Sequence record: NZ_LC532224.1
Direction: 5' to 3' (one strand)
DNA from: a plasmid
Length of the DNA stretch: 64,000 nt
Shown here: positions 1-9,948 of the stretch, one piece after another
Position numbering within the stretch: position 1 is the stretch's first letter
How the letters are laid out: each line of letters begins with the position of its first letter
The notes under the pieces: model-generated
Told to the model about the DNA's origin: nothing
The model's input: only the letters and a program-made list of their open reading frames with translations
Database searches by the model: none
Made by a program: the position numbers and the translations under genes

Positions 1-268
1 CGTTTAATGACCAGCACAGTCGTGATGGCAAGGTCAGAATAGCGCTGAGGTCTGCCTCGTGAAGAAGGTGTTGCTGACTCATACCAGGCCTGAATAGCTT
101 CATCATCCAGCCAGAAAGTTATGGAGCCACGGTTGATGAGGGCTTTATTGTAGGTGGGCCAGTTGGTGATTTTGAACTTTTGCTTTGCCACGGAACGGTC
201 TGCGTTGTCGGGAAGATGCGTGATCTGATCCTTCAACTCAGCAAAAGTTCGATTTATTCAACAAAGCC
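1..268 (-). mobile_element. Partial IS903-like element (IS5 family, IS903 group). Only the transposase N-terminus (GTG start at 191) and the terminal IR GGCTTTGTTGAATAAATCGAAC lie in the window.
   Basis: Minus-strand translation gives MAKQKFKITNWPTYNKALINRGSITFWLDDEAIQAWYESATPSSRGRPQRYSDLAITTVLVIKR. The IS903 terminal inverted repeat ends at 268. Confidence 0.8.
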
Positions 269-689
269 GAGAAAAGACACAAAACGCACCATGCGCAAAA
301 AACTGCAAGTCCAGATGCAATAATCTCGCGTAAAAACATATTAAACGTTTCCGATAATGAATAAGTAATTACCATATCCTCTCCGTAAGTCTACATATAA
401 TTCAGACGTGACAAATAATTAAAGGCATTGCTATTCTATCATTATGCATTGCGTTTAAAATCATTTCTAATTCAGCAGAGTAGCGATACAGGCATTTCGC
501 TATCCTAAAATCTGGTAGCTTTCCATTTCCTTGCTGAGATAAATCAAAATAATTCTATTTATTGCCTATTCGGATGCTGCAAAACCTTATAAATCCGGAT
601 GTATATCACTTAACAGTGAACCATTCGGTGACTTGCTCTCCGTGAGGTCCACCGGGTTTATCCAGTAGGGAACATTCTGCTTTTACCGT

Positions 690-971
690 TTACTGCATAC
701 GCGAGCAGGAATTCTGTTGCAGTTCTGCATTTGCCTGCTTTTCCAGTGCTGTCATAACCCGGCGGAGCATCGCCAGAGCCTGAACAGGCGAGCTCCCAAA
801 CTGCACTTTCACTTCATCCGTATCATGATCCTGAATCAGGTCGAGGATGTTCACTTCGATCCCTGCCCCGTTTTCATCTTTTGCCGTGCACTGAATACTT
901 ACCCGGGTCACCGAATCCGTCAGGACTGGCAGTGGGTTAGTCTTGTCTACGTTGATAAAAGCCTTCTTCAT
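690..971 (-). CDS. Hypothetical 93-aa protein downstream of the parB-like gene.
   Basis: ORF with an AAGGGG RBS, co-oriented with and 66 bp after the ParB-like gene. Confidence 0.5.
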   Translation of the reverse strand: MKKAFINVDKTNPLPVLTDSVTRVSIQCTAKDENGAGIEVNILDLIQDHDTDEVKVQFGSSPVQALAMLRRVMTALEKQANAELQQNSCSRMQ

Positions 972-1036
972 TGCCCTGTTTCCCCTTGTCCTGAAAAAGT
1001 TACCGACCCGTCCGGATGGAGGGGTCGGTCAGAAAA

Positions 1037-2221
1037 TCATGCCTGTCCCTTATTCATCTTCTCAGCATGCTTACGCAGGTACTCTTTCAGGTCAGCATGA
1101 GCATTGATGATATCGTTCATTTCATCATTGGTCAGAACAAGCGTGTAAGTATCAGTGCTGACAGATTCACCTTCTTTAAGCTTGGCTTCTTCAGCAATAC
1201 GTTCAAAAATCGGGATCGCGGTGTCGGCAATGACGGTCACGGTCTTTTTGTTCAGAACGCTGGACATGGATGGTGCTTTACCTGCCGGGTTCTGTTTAGG
1301 AGCGCTGTCCTTTGGAGCCGGAGCTGGTTCCTGTACCGGTGGCGTAACCAGCGTCTCTGTATTGCTTTCATCATTCAGTTGATCCGGTACCGGGGTGTTA
1401 ACGGTAGCATTACCTGCCGGTTGCTCATCACCGGAGTTTTCCGGAGTCTGCGGATCTGCCATGCGCTCTTCTACCTTGGCAGCTTTGACGAATTTCAGCG
1501 TGTTTTTCGTCGCTTTACCATAGATGGAGATCGCCTTGTTGATGTTATCTACCGCATCCTCACCGCTGTACATATACTCGTCCAGCGCAACGTACATGCT
1601 CACCTGATCGCTCACAAGCATGGTCTGTAGTTCAGAAGGCAGGTCCAGTACGCGAACCATCTGGCGAAGATGCTGCTCTGATTTACCACGTTTTTTTGCC
1701 AGTTCCGCAAAGGTCTTAGGCTCTTCTTTATCTTCAACAAGACGCTTAATTGAAAGCGCTTCAGCTACGACAGACAGCGCCAGGTTGGAGTTGCCGGTCA
1801 GGGTGAAGAGTTCTGCTTTTGAAGCGCTACCGCGAAACTCTTCGCAGCGAATACGAGTAATGCGTTCACGCCCTTCTGCTTCCAGCTGGCGGTTTGCAAT
1901 AGCGATGGAACGGATACGGCAAGCCCCCTGACGCAGTACAGGTACGCCATTAACCATCTGAACAACGATAGGCGTCACGCTGAACGGGTCTTCCATGTAG
2001 GCATCGGCCAGGCTGTTCAGGTGTTCCACAACGTGAGGCATTGAATAGTAGAGCTCGCCCATACCGGCCGTGCGGGTGTTAAAGCCTTCCTGCTCTACAA
2101 CAACCGAAGGGTCAATGATAAGGCCGTTACCTTTACGGGCACCGTTACCAGTGCGTTCCAGGTAACCACGAAGGCTGATTTCGTTGCTGTTGTTTTTTAC
2201 TTCAGTTTCGATTGCGGACAT
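1037..2221 (-). CDS. ParB/KorB-like partition-family protein (ParB N-terminal domain). Orphan, with no adjacent parA.
   Basis: The motif DPFSVTPIVVQMVNGVPVLRQGACRIRSIAIA matches the ParB N-domain GERRxRA-type box. It has a long low-complexity P/E/A-rich linker and is 394 aa. Confidence 0.65.
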   Translation of the reverse strand: MSAIETEVKNNSNEISLRGYLERTGNGARKGNGLIIDPSVVVEQEGFNTRTAGMGELYYSMPHVVEHLNSLADAYMEDPFSVTPIVVQMVNGVPVLRQGACRIRSIAIANRQLEAEGRERITRIRCEEFRGSASKAELFTLTGNSNLALSVVAEALSIKRLVEDKEEPKTFAELAKKRGKSEQHLRQMVRVLDLPSELQTMLVSDQVSMYVALDEYMYSGEDAVDNINKAISIYGKATKNTLKFVKAAKVEERMADPQTPENSGDEQPAGNATVNTPVPDQLNDESNTETLVTPPVQEPAPAPKDSAPKQNPAGKAPSMSSVLNKKTVTVIADTAIPIFERIAEEAKLKEGESVSTDTYTLVLTNDEMNDIINAHADLKEYLRKHAEKMNKGQA

Positions 2222-2311
2222 TTTTGTTCTCTCTTTTGGTTGGTTGTTTAACTGCGCTACAACACAACAATACCAGGTTCGACATTTTTTCTAATAGGTT
2301 GCACAGAAGAA

Positions 2312-2322
2312 AAAGTAACTTT
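2312..2322. promoter_or_regulatory. Palindromic operator-like motif AAAGTAACTTT (site 1), about 95 bp upstream of the parB-like start.
   Basis: Exact 11-bp palindrome AAAGTWACTTT. It occurs six times in the window against about 0.03 expected by chance. Confidence 0.6.
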
Positions 2323-2438
2323 TCTTAAAAAAAATTCCTGAGACAATACTACTCGATCCGTCCGTTTTAAATCTTCACAACAGTGGGCCGTTTTTACGTT
2401 TAAGCAAAATAGCTGGTTCAGAAGGTGAGTCGGAGAGA

Positions 2439-2449
2439 AAAGTTACTTT
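2439..2449. promoter_or_regulatory. Palindromic operator-like motif AAAGTTACTTT (site 2), about 220 bp upstream of parB-like.
   Basis: Same 11-bp palindrome in the extended context GAAAAGTTACTTTTC. Confidence 0.6.
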
Positions 2450-3324
2450 TCCGGTTGTCTGGGCCAGTGATGAGAGAGTGGCAGGACAGGAATGGCTAAA
2501 CCGGTGCGGGTCTCTTGTAAGTCGCAGGGGATTGAGGAGATATAGAGGTAAACCGGTACGTTCAGTTTTTGGATTGAGCCGGGCTTTTGGCCCGGGCTTA
2601 AGGAAGCGGAAATTTGAACGAACTGGCAGGTAATGATTTATGCCGCCGACAGCTGGCCGTCAGTGCTTTGCTGTTCTGGTTTGACAGTTGGGGGATAACC
2701 GGCAGTTAGCCGCTGGCATTCCGCATCACAGAAAGCCCTGAGGTTGCTGAAGACGGACTCCATGAAATCAGCATGAGCATACGAGTCTACAGGACGTGTC
2801 TTGTTATCTTTCATCTTGTTCTCCTCAATCATTATTAAAACCAGCGGATTTAGTTCCTGGCGCTCCATCTGCTGACCGGCTTTCCCAGAGAGCAGCGATG
2901 TGTCGGGTTCTGTTTCTCATTTTATCGTTTTCATCGGGCCCATCCGGCCGTATAAGAGACCGATTTGGCATGTTTAAGAAACGTACTGGCGACATTAAAA
3001 GCTGAGGTTGGCTTTGGAATAAAAGGATACTTTTCCCGTTTGTCAGGTCTTTCGCTACCGCTGCACGATGATTCTGTCAGGCATTCTGCGCCCTCCTTGG
3101 CTGTACATCTTGAAACAAGCGGTGGGATGTTCCCTTCCCCCTGCTCACCGCAGAATAATTGGCAAGTCCCGACGGTCGTTCCGTACGAGCCGGGTCCAAA
3201 TAATGAATAAATACAACGCCACTTCAATTGTATTGACAATAGAAGTTAGGAGGATCATAGTGTCATTCATGGTGCGGCTTTCGCACCACCGCCCCGGCGG
3301 TACCGGGCAGAACTGGAGTACCTC

Positions 3325-4269
3325 ATGAAACTTTCCCGTCAGACGACTTCTGATACTTCTGTTGATGGCCGTTCACGCGCATATGCCTGGGGCCGTGTCC
3401 ATTATTTCATTATCGAACATGCACCAATGGCTGAGCTGGTCGCTATTGACGAGCTGCTGGAAAAAGCTGGCTGGAGCAATGACGGCTGTCCGAACTATGA
3501 GAAAGATGACGAGTTTGGTAATGCTGGTTACAGCTGTGGTTACTGGATCGATATTGACAGCGTGGGAAGCTTCAAGGCTGACTACAAACGTCTTAAGGGT
3601 GAGATTAGTGCGCATATCGCCTCAAAGGCGGCAGAGGTGGAGATCCGCGTACTGGACTCGATGTCCGACAAAGAATGTAAAGATGTTGCCTCGGTGGCAT
3701 GTACTGTTCGCCGTGACTTACGTACGCAGTCCGAATCGCTTCATTCACTGCGTACTATCGTAACGGTTGATCATTACAATCCCTATGTGATCACCAGCCG
3801 CCCGCTGAGCATTTCCGCCTGGACACTTATCCACGACTGTCTGAAAACCGGCACCATCAATGACGTCTGTTCACGGTTGAGTTCATTAATCCTGCACTCT
3901 GAAGCCGCGATTGCCCGTTGTAAGGGAAGCTCCGACTACTCTTCGGAACACGCTCAGCTATCGTTTTTTGCTGGTAACGACTATGTCACCAGACGCACCC
4001 TTGTTGATGCAGCTCACGAAGAGGCTCTGCGAATGAACCGCCGCTTTGATGAACGTATTGCAATGAACGCGGATTCTGATGCCAGAAGGCTCCAGTGCGA
4101 ATTCAACCTGAGCAACCATGTCGTACAGCGTCGGACCGTTGAATCTGCTCATATCCAGGCAATCAACGAAGACGTCACCCGTTCACAGGCGGAACCACGC
4201 TGCCCTGGAAAGCTTCTTCTGAAAATGACCAGTCATGAGGAAGTGCGGGACTCACTGAGCACCTGTTAG
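3325..4269 (+). CDS. Hypothetical protein (314 aa).
   Basis: Long ORF with a GGAG RBS 8 nt upstream. No recognisable domain. Confidence 0.55.
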   Translation: MKLSRQTTSDTSVDGRSRAYAWGRVHYFIIEHAPMAELVAIDELLEKAGWSNDGCPNYEKDDEFGNAGYSCGYWIDIDSVGSFKADYKRLKGEISAHIASKAAEVEIRVLDSMSDKECKDVASVACTVRRDLRTQSESLHSLRTIVTVDHYNPYVITSRPLSISAWTLIHDCLKTGTINDVCSRLSSLILHSEAAIARCKGSSDYSSEHAQLSFFAGNDYVTRRTLVDAAHEEALRMNRRFDERIAMNADSDARRLQCEFNLSNHVVQRRTVESAHIQAINEDVTRSQAEPRCPGKLLLKMTSHEEVRDSLSTC

Positions 4270-4364
4270 TCCAGCGACACCCCCTGCGGCTCTACTACCG
4301 GGCCGCAGTCTGCTCCGGCCAGATGGTGCCAGTGGCGTAATGAATTTGTTTAATAAGGCTGAGT

Positions 4365-4967
4365 ATGATGAATAAAGAACAACTAATCGACAAACTGGAA
4401 CGCGTGGTATGTGGTCAGTACTCCTACGAAATGCAGGAGCTTGCGTATTCGGCCCTCTGCTGCATTAAAGGCACCCCGGACGACTGCGCTAAGTTCCCTG
4501 TTACGCGTCCGCTGCCTGACACCTTAGTGGACGTATGGGACGAGATCGGGCAATACCTTGGCACAGGCAAAGCCATTGAAACTCGCAGTTGCGGCGTTTC
4601 GCTTCTGCTTCATGGACACTGCTACGATTCAAATCATGTGCTGTACTGGCGCAATGCTGGCGCACTTCCAGCAGCTTGCGATACGCCACTGGCTGGTGGG
4701 TCTCGCAAACTGTTCACCTGCTCAGCCTGTGGAGTGGACGGTCTGGATGAACCACCTGAAACCAGTTGCCACTGCTGCACAGAGGGGGCCCACTGGATTG
4801 AGAGCAGGCTCTTCACCTCCGGGCAGGCAGACCCTGAAGAATTTAGACCCGTGGCGGTCGTGAAAGAGTGTGCAGGCTCAACGCCGGATGATCGGCTCAT
4901 CTGGAGCGTGATTGAACAGCTCAACGGCGAACTGGCGGAAGGCGATAAACTATTTAAGCGACGCTGA
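4365..4967 (+). CDS. Hypothetical Cys-rich protein (200 aa).
   Basis: ORF with multiple CxxC/CxC pairs (CGVSLLLHGHC, CSACGVDG, CHCC). Possible metal-binding protein. Confidence 0.5.
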   Translation: MMNKEQLIDKLERVVCGQYSYEMQELAYSALCCIKGTPDDCAKFPVTRPLPDTLVDVWDEIGQYLGTGKAIETRSCGVSLLLHGHCYDSNHVLYWRNAGALPAACDTPLAGGSRKLFTCSACGVDGLDEPPETSCHCCTEGAHWIESRLFTSGQADPEEFRPVAVVKECAGSTPDDRLIWSVIEQLNGELAEGDKLFKRR

Positions 4968-5020
4968 CAGATCACGTCAGCATTTATATCAGACGAACTC
5001 CAGAATAATTTAAAGCAACC

Positions 5021-5377
5021 ATGAACATGAAAAAGCCCAAAGCTGCATTACAGAATGCCATGAAAGAAGATGTGCCAGCTGTGACACAGATTCAGATGCG
5101 ATCTACGGTTTCCAGAAAGGTTCGCTATGTAAAACAGGCAAATCGAGAGGGTCTGAAATTATCTGAGTGGATGTCGCGGCATCTCGACGCTGTCTGTGAT
5201 ACCGCAGATGAGATTCATAAAGGCAAACGCTCAACTCCGGTTGCGCCTGGGAAGATTCCCCCTGAGGTATACCAGGTGATATACGATCAGTGCGGCGGGT
5301 TCGTGGAGTGTGATGCTAATGCCCAGGTAATCTGGGAAGCCTGCCGTGATGCCATTCTTAACGGAGACAAAGGGTAA
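5021..5377 (+). CDS. Hypothetical protein (118 aa).
   Basis: ORF in a co-oriented cluster. Confidence 0.45.
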   Translation: MNMKKPKAALQNAMKEDVPAVTQIQMRSTVSRKVRYVKQANREGLKLSEWMSRHLDAVCDTADEIHKGKRSTPVAPGKIPPEVYQVIYDQCGGFVECDANAQVIWEACRDAILNGDKG

Positions 5378-5423
5378 ACGGCAGGTATCGCCTGTCATTT
5401 TTACCCTTGTGAGGAAAATCCTG

Positions 5424-5627
5424 ATGAACCATGAGAGCCGAACTGTATACCTGAACACGGCCATTGAGGCCCTGTTGAAAGCTGAGGCGGCTCTGAACGA
5501 GCTGGCATTAGCCTATGTACTCAAACCAGGTGAAAAGGCAAGCGCATGCCATCCCCGAACCGGTACGCTTTCCACAGCTTCCCAGGTAAGAAAACTTCGC
5601 CGTGTTCTAGAAAAAAACAAGTTATGA
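5424..5627 (+). CDS. Hypothetical small protein (67 aa). Internal start preferred over the 5346 start.
   Basis: Strong GAGGA RBS before the ATG at 5424. The longer ORF would overlap the preceding gene by 32 nt. Confidence 0.4.
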   Translation: MNHESRTVYLNTAIEALLKAEAALNELALAYVLKPGEKASACHPRTGTLSTASQVRKLRRVLEKNKL

Positions 5628-5908
5628 CGGCCCTTATACGCTGGCATAATGTACCGTGCTTCGCTCATCCCAGCAGTATGGGTTTTAAACTCTTCCATTT
5701 TTAAGAGTACGGGAAGAGCCTTATTATTGTCGCATACCCTACGGATGCATTGCAGTTCAAACCGCTGTTCGGTGCAATTATTGCTGTATCCGGCGGATTT
5801 GAAAATGACAGAAATAGTGATGTAAAGCTCCGCCATTAAAGAAATGCCCCGTAGTTTGGCGAATCAACTTTCTGAATTATCTCGATGAACACCATTTAAG
5901 GAAATCGA

Positions 5909-6229
5909 ATGTGTGATTTTTGCAGGGCTGACGAAAATTACTTTCATATGGCAGAATGCGTGTATGACCAACTGGTTAAAGAGTATCCCGTAATGTGGCT
6001 GCGGGATTCAACCCGGATCGGGGCCTGCTACCTCTGTCGAGAACTGCTGTCGCCGGAGGGGATGGTCCTGGCGATGCAGAGCGCTTTCCCTGCGAAGGGA
6101 TGGCGGCTGCGTATTTGGTACAATGAAACCATTGACGAAGAGATAGAACCGCAGCGTGGAGACTGTATTGAGCTGTCCTCCAGGGCGGACGCTCTGCTGT
6201 CCTTCATGTCGTTCCAGGAAAAGGTTTAG
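5909..6229 (+). CDS. Hypothetical protein (106 aa).
   Basis: ORF with an AAGGAAA RBS. Confidence 0.45.
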   Translation: MCDFCRADENYFHMAECVYDQLVKEYPVMWLRDSTRIGACYLCRELLSPEGMVLAMQSAFPAKGWRLRIWYNETIDEEIEPQRGDCIELSSRADALLSFMSFQEKV

Positions 6230-6825
6230 CGCTGCGGCCCCCCTCACAAAAAGGCGCTTTCCGCGACAAATCTGGTACGACCGGACAACGTTGAGTCAAT
6301 TCTTGCTTCCCCGCAGAAGAATCCCTATGAAGTAAAGTAGAGGTAGGCATTACGCCCACCAGCAAACCTGATAACTGTTCTTTGCGTAACATCCTCAAAC
6401 TTCTGGTGCCTTCGTAGACTGCGATGCGAATGCCCATGAGCTGAATTCACCGTATCATTTGACCGGATGCAGCGAGAACAGAAATGACAATGTTTGAACG
6501 ATTTGCCAGACGGCCATAAAACTCTACTGGGTACAGAATAAGGACTGACCGCAATGGCTACGTTCTATGAGCTACCGACCAGTGAGAAGTCCATTGTTTC
6601 CGGTACGTGCCCGGACGAGCACCGGTGAAATTTTTCCCGACTGGATTACGCTAAGGCTTTTGAACGGTTTGCGTGAAGTGGGACTCTTTGGGTCTGGTTC
6701 TTGATTTATACAAAAGGCTATATGCCACAAGACGGGAGGAAAAAAGGGTTTCCCCGACTGGAGAAACCCTTTCAAAAGGTGCCGATGGCATACTAATCCA
6801 CACCCCGAAAAGAGGGGGTTGCCCC

Positions 6826-8164
6826 CATAAGCGCTAACTTAAGGGTTGTGGTATTACGCCTGATATGATTTAACGTGCCGATGAATTACTCTCACGATAA
6901 CTGGTCAGCAATTCTGGCCCATATTGGTAAGCCCGAAGAACTGGATACTTCGGCACGTAATGCCGGGGCTCTAACCCGCCGCCGCGAAATTCGTGATGCT
7001 GCAACTCTGCTACGTCTGGGGCTGGCTTACGGCCCCGGGGGGATGTCATTACGTGAAGTCACTGCATGGGCTCAGCTCCATGACGTTGCAACATTATCTG
7101 ACGTGGCTCTCCTGAAGCGGCTGCGGAATGCCGCCGACTGGTTTGGCATACTTGCCGCACAAACACTTGCTGTACGCGCCGCAGTTACGGGTTGTACAAG
7201 CGGAAAGAGATTGCGTCTTGTCGATGGAACAGCAATCAGTGCGCCCGGGGGCGGCAGCGCTGAATGGCGACTACATATGGGATATGATCCTCATACCTGT
7301 CAGTTCACTGATTTTGAGCTAACCGACAGCAGAGACGCTGAACGGCTGGACCGATTTGCGCAAACGGCAGACGAGATACGCATTGCTGACCGGGGATTCG
7401 GTTCGCGTCCCGAATGTATCCGCTCACTTGCTTTTGGAGAAGCTGATTATATCGTCCGGGTTCACTGGCGAGGATTGCGCTGGTTAACTGCAGAAGGAAT
7501 GCGCTTTGACATGATGGGTTTTCTGCGCGGGCTGGATTGCGGTAAGAACGGTGAAACCACTGTAATGATAGGCAATTCAGGTAATAAAAAAGCCGGAGCT
7601 CCCTTTCCGGCACGTCTCATTGCCGTATCACTTCCTCCCGAAAAAGCATTAATCAGTAAAACCCGACTGCTCAGCGAGAATCGTCGAAAAGGACGAGTAG
7701 TTCAGGCGGAAACGCTGGAAGCAGCGGGCCATGTGCTATTGCTAACATCATTACCGGAAGATGAATATTCAGCAGAGCAAGTGGCTGATTGTTACCGTCT
7801 GCGATGGCAAATTGAACTGGCTTTTAAGCGGCTCAAAAGTTTGCTGCACCTGGATGCTTTGCGTGCAAAGGAACCTGAACTCGCGAAAGCGTGGATATTT
7901 GCTAATCTACTCGCCGCATTTTTAATTGACGACATAATCCAGCCATCGCTGGATTTCCCCCCCAGAAGTGCCGGATCCGAAAAGAAGAACTAACTCGTTG
8001 TGGAGAATAACAAAAATGGTCATCTGGAGCTTACAGGTGGCCATTCGTGGGACAGTATCCCTGACAGCCTACAAAACGCAATTGAAGAACGCGAGGCATC
8101 GTCTTAACGAGGCACCGAGGCGTCGCATTCTTCAGATGGTTCAACCCTTAAGTTAGCGCTTATG
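6826..8164 (+). mobile_element. IS186 (IS4 family), a complete copy with 23-bp terminal inverted repeats (CATAAGCGCTAACTTAAGGGTTG) and a 10-bp GGGTTGCCCC target duplication.
   Basis: Inverted repeats sit at 6826-6848 and 8142-8164. The flanking repeats are 6816-6825 and 8165-8174. The reconstructed empty site is a G/C-rich perfect palindrome, aaagaggggg-ttg-cccccctcttt. Confidence 0.9.
6875..7993 (+). CDS. IS186 transposase (DDE, IS4 family).
   Basis: 372-aa ORF (M)NYSHDNWSAILAHIGKPEELDTSARNAG...YRLRWQIELAFKRLKS, recognised as IS186 Tnp. Confidence 0.9.
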   Translation: MPMNYSHDNWSAILAHIGKPEELDTSARNAGALTRRREIRDAATLLRLGLAYGPGGMSLREVTAWAQLHDVATLSDVALLKRLRNAADWFGILAAQTLAVRAAVTGCTSGKRLRLVDGTAISAPGGGSAEWRLHMGYDPHTCQFTDFELTDSRDAERLDRFAQTADEIRIADRGFGSRPECIRSLAFGEADYIVRVHWRGLRWLTAEGMRFDMMGFLRGLDCGKNGETTVMIGNSGNKKAGAPFPARLIAVSLPPEKALISKTRLLSENRRKGRVVQAETLEAAGHVLLLTSLPEDEYSAEQVADCYRLRWQIELAFKRLKSLLHLDALRAKEPELAKAWIFANLLAAFLIDDIIQPSLDFPPRSAGSEKKN

Positions 8165-8186
8165 GGGTTGCCCCCCTCTTTGTCAG

Positions 8187-8345
8187 CTACTTACCGGATT
8201 CGTAGGCCAGGATAGCAGATACCTCCCTTGTTCCGTCTTTCATCCGCAACTCGCAAAGCGAGTTTCGTGTGAGCCAGGTGAATATCAACAGCGTTAAACA
8301 AACTATTAATATGCACAAAACAATGGGTTGGTTCGGCATTTTCAT
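8187..8345 (-). CDS. hok: Hok/Gef-family type I toxin (52 aa).
   Basis: [52 protein letters not shown] is near-identical in pattern to Hok ([52 protein letters not shown]). AAGGAG RBS present. The listed 99-aa ORF is an in-frame upstream extension. Confidence 0.85.
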   Translation of the reverse strand: MKMPNQPIVLCILIVCLTLLIFTWLTRNSLCELRMKDGTREVSAILAYESGK

Positions 8346-8560
8346 GGCCTTCTTCTCCTTGCATTTAAGCAGGCAAGAGGCTACTCTGAATGTGACTAGC
8401 ATACAGGGGCCTCGGGTTAATTGAAAAATTACTCGGGGCTTTCTGCTTTTACCACAGTCAAACAGTGTTACCGCTGGCTGGGGCAAAAGCCTCCAGCACC
8501 AGCGTTATTATACCACCCTGCCCTGATCAGCCAAACACCCCGCCTACATAAATTACTGAT
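8346..8560 (-). promoter_or_regulatory. sok: hok mRNA leader region. By analogy with R1 hok/sok, it should hold the mok overlap, tac/ucb elements and the antisense Sok RNA on the opposite strand.
   Basis: Inferred from the architecture of hok/sok loci. No sok promoter or terminator was verified in the sequence. Confidence 0.3.
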
Positions 8561-8699
8561 TTTTCATTTATTTGACATGATTCACTTCCGGTTGTCGGCG
8601 AAAGTCATTTTATACTAAAGAAAAGGGTAACGGGCAGCTGCTGGGTCGGAACATACAGTGCAGTTCCTGCCCGTTTAATTTCCGGATGCAATGGTAGGA

Positions 8700-9305
8700 T
8701 CAGGAGGCACTGCTTCCGTTGATTAGGGAAATCTTATGTGCCTGAATACGGCTGTATTCGAGATGGGATGCAATATTACAGATGCGCTCCAGTCGATCAT
8801 GCAGCCTCGTGTAGGTCAGTCGATGAATACCGGACATTTCATCAAGTAGCCAGCGCTTGATGTAAGGGTTACAGGAAAGCCGGGCAAGATCGTCGTCATC
8901 CACTTCGTCAAAGAACCAGTACTGCTCCATCGGGACTACCTGAAATATCCACGGCCGGGGATAGTCCCCTGTGACAACCAAAAACCATGCAAGAAAGCAT
9001 AGACACAGCTCAACGACCATAAGCATCGAAAATTGCGAATAACTTAGACCGGGCACATAGGGTGAACTATCCGCAACATACCCCCTGAGCAATTCCGCCA
9101 CAAGGTAGCCCAATAGCGTCAAGGCCAGCATCAGGGTCAGGATTAATCCCCCATTAAACGCTACCGAAGCCTTTTGAACCCGATCAGGTGCTGTCCGGCT
9201 GCGATAGTTGGTCACTACTCTTTCTACAAGTGCCCTTATGGCAGCCTGTTCTTTACTGACATCAGCTCCGGAAAAACCGGACGGGCTTTTATTTAATTCA
9301 GTCAT
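8700..9305 (-). CDS. Hypothetical membrane protein (201 aa, 2-3 TM helices).
   Basis: ORF with hydrophobic segments LILTLMLALTLLGYLVAELL and LMVVELCLCFLAWFLVV. Confidence 0.5.
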   Translation of the reverse strand: MTELNKSPSGFSGADVSKEQAAIRALVERVVTNYRSRTAPDRVQKASVAFNGGLILTLMLALTLLGYLVAELLRGYVADSSPYVPGLSYSQFSMLMVVELCLCFLAWFLVVTGDYPRPWIFQVVPMEQYWFFDEVDDDDLARLSCNPYIKRWLLDEMSGIHRLTYTRLHDRLERICNIASHLEYSRIQAHKISLINGSSAS

Positions 9306-9521
9306 ACCCCACTCCTGTTATGTGCTCTACTTAACAAACACGTAGATCATACAGAGCTCACGGACGCACTCCTGCCAGATAAAGGAGGGAATTTGGCTGT
9401 AAGACGGTTAGCCAACAGTTCAGGTTATGCGTGGGATCCGCCCAGTCAGAAAGGATTCCGTTAATAACAGGCAAGGTTAAAGGCAGATGGACGGTGAAAT
9501 TGTGGGTGCTAAAAGGGGGTA

Positions 9522-9803
9522 TTACTCTTTTTCCTGCATAGCGGTTTTTTCAGCCCGGGTGGCCAGACGAACATTTCCGAAAGGCTCACGGACAAGCAGT
9601 GGCTTCTCCTTCTTCCAGCCCCTGATAGCCGTTTCTCCAAACCGACGTGGTGCATTGCCGTTCCAGCGAGCAATCACATGGTTATCATGAATTTCAATAA
9701 TGACAACGGGGTGGACAATGACCGTTGAAATGGTGGTATTTCCCATTTTGGTACGGGTTACAGACCAAACCTGCATCCCGGATTCCAGCTGGCTGATTTT
9801 CAT
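9522..9803 (-). CDS. Hypothetical protein (93 aa).
   Basis: ORF with an AAGGA RBS. Confidence 0.45.
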   Translation of the reverse strand: MKISQLESGMQVWSVTRTKMGNTTISTVIVHPVVIIEIHDNHVIARWNGNAPRRFGETAIRGWKKEKPLLVREPFGNVRLATRAEKTAMQEKE

Positions 9804-9948
9804 ATTATATCCTTAAGCCATCACGAACTGCGCCACAAACAATTAATGTGGCGCAATTTACCATAAACAATAAACATCAGATACCCGTGAAAAGATTTCC
9901 CTTTATTTTAAAATTCTTCTGGAGAAAAAATGATATTTCCAGAAGAGG

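Noticed and set aside
1016-1931. Plus-strand ORFs 1016..1630, 1155..1382 and 1620..1931, plus many other antisense ORFs inside long genes (e.g. 22166..22570, 35086..35412, 36044..36755, 38117..38578, 41690..42568).
   Set aside because: They lie antisense to, or inside, well-supported genes, IS elements or the group II intron RNA. They have no RBS or homology and are treated as spurious.
8187-8486. 99-aa ORF reported by the ORF track.
   Set aside because: Only the last 52 codons correspond to the Hok toxin, which has its own AAGGAG RBS. The N-terminal 47 codons are an upstream in-frame extension, that is, the mok/leader region.
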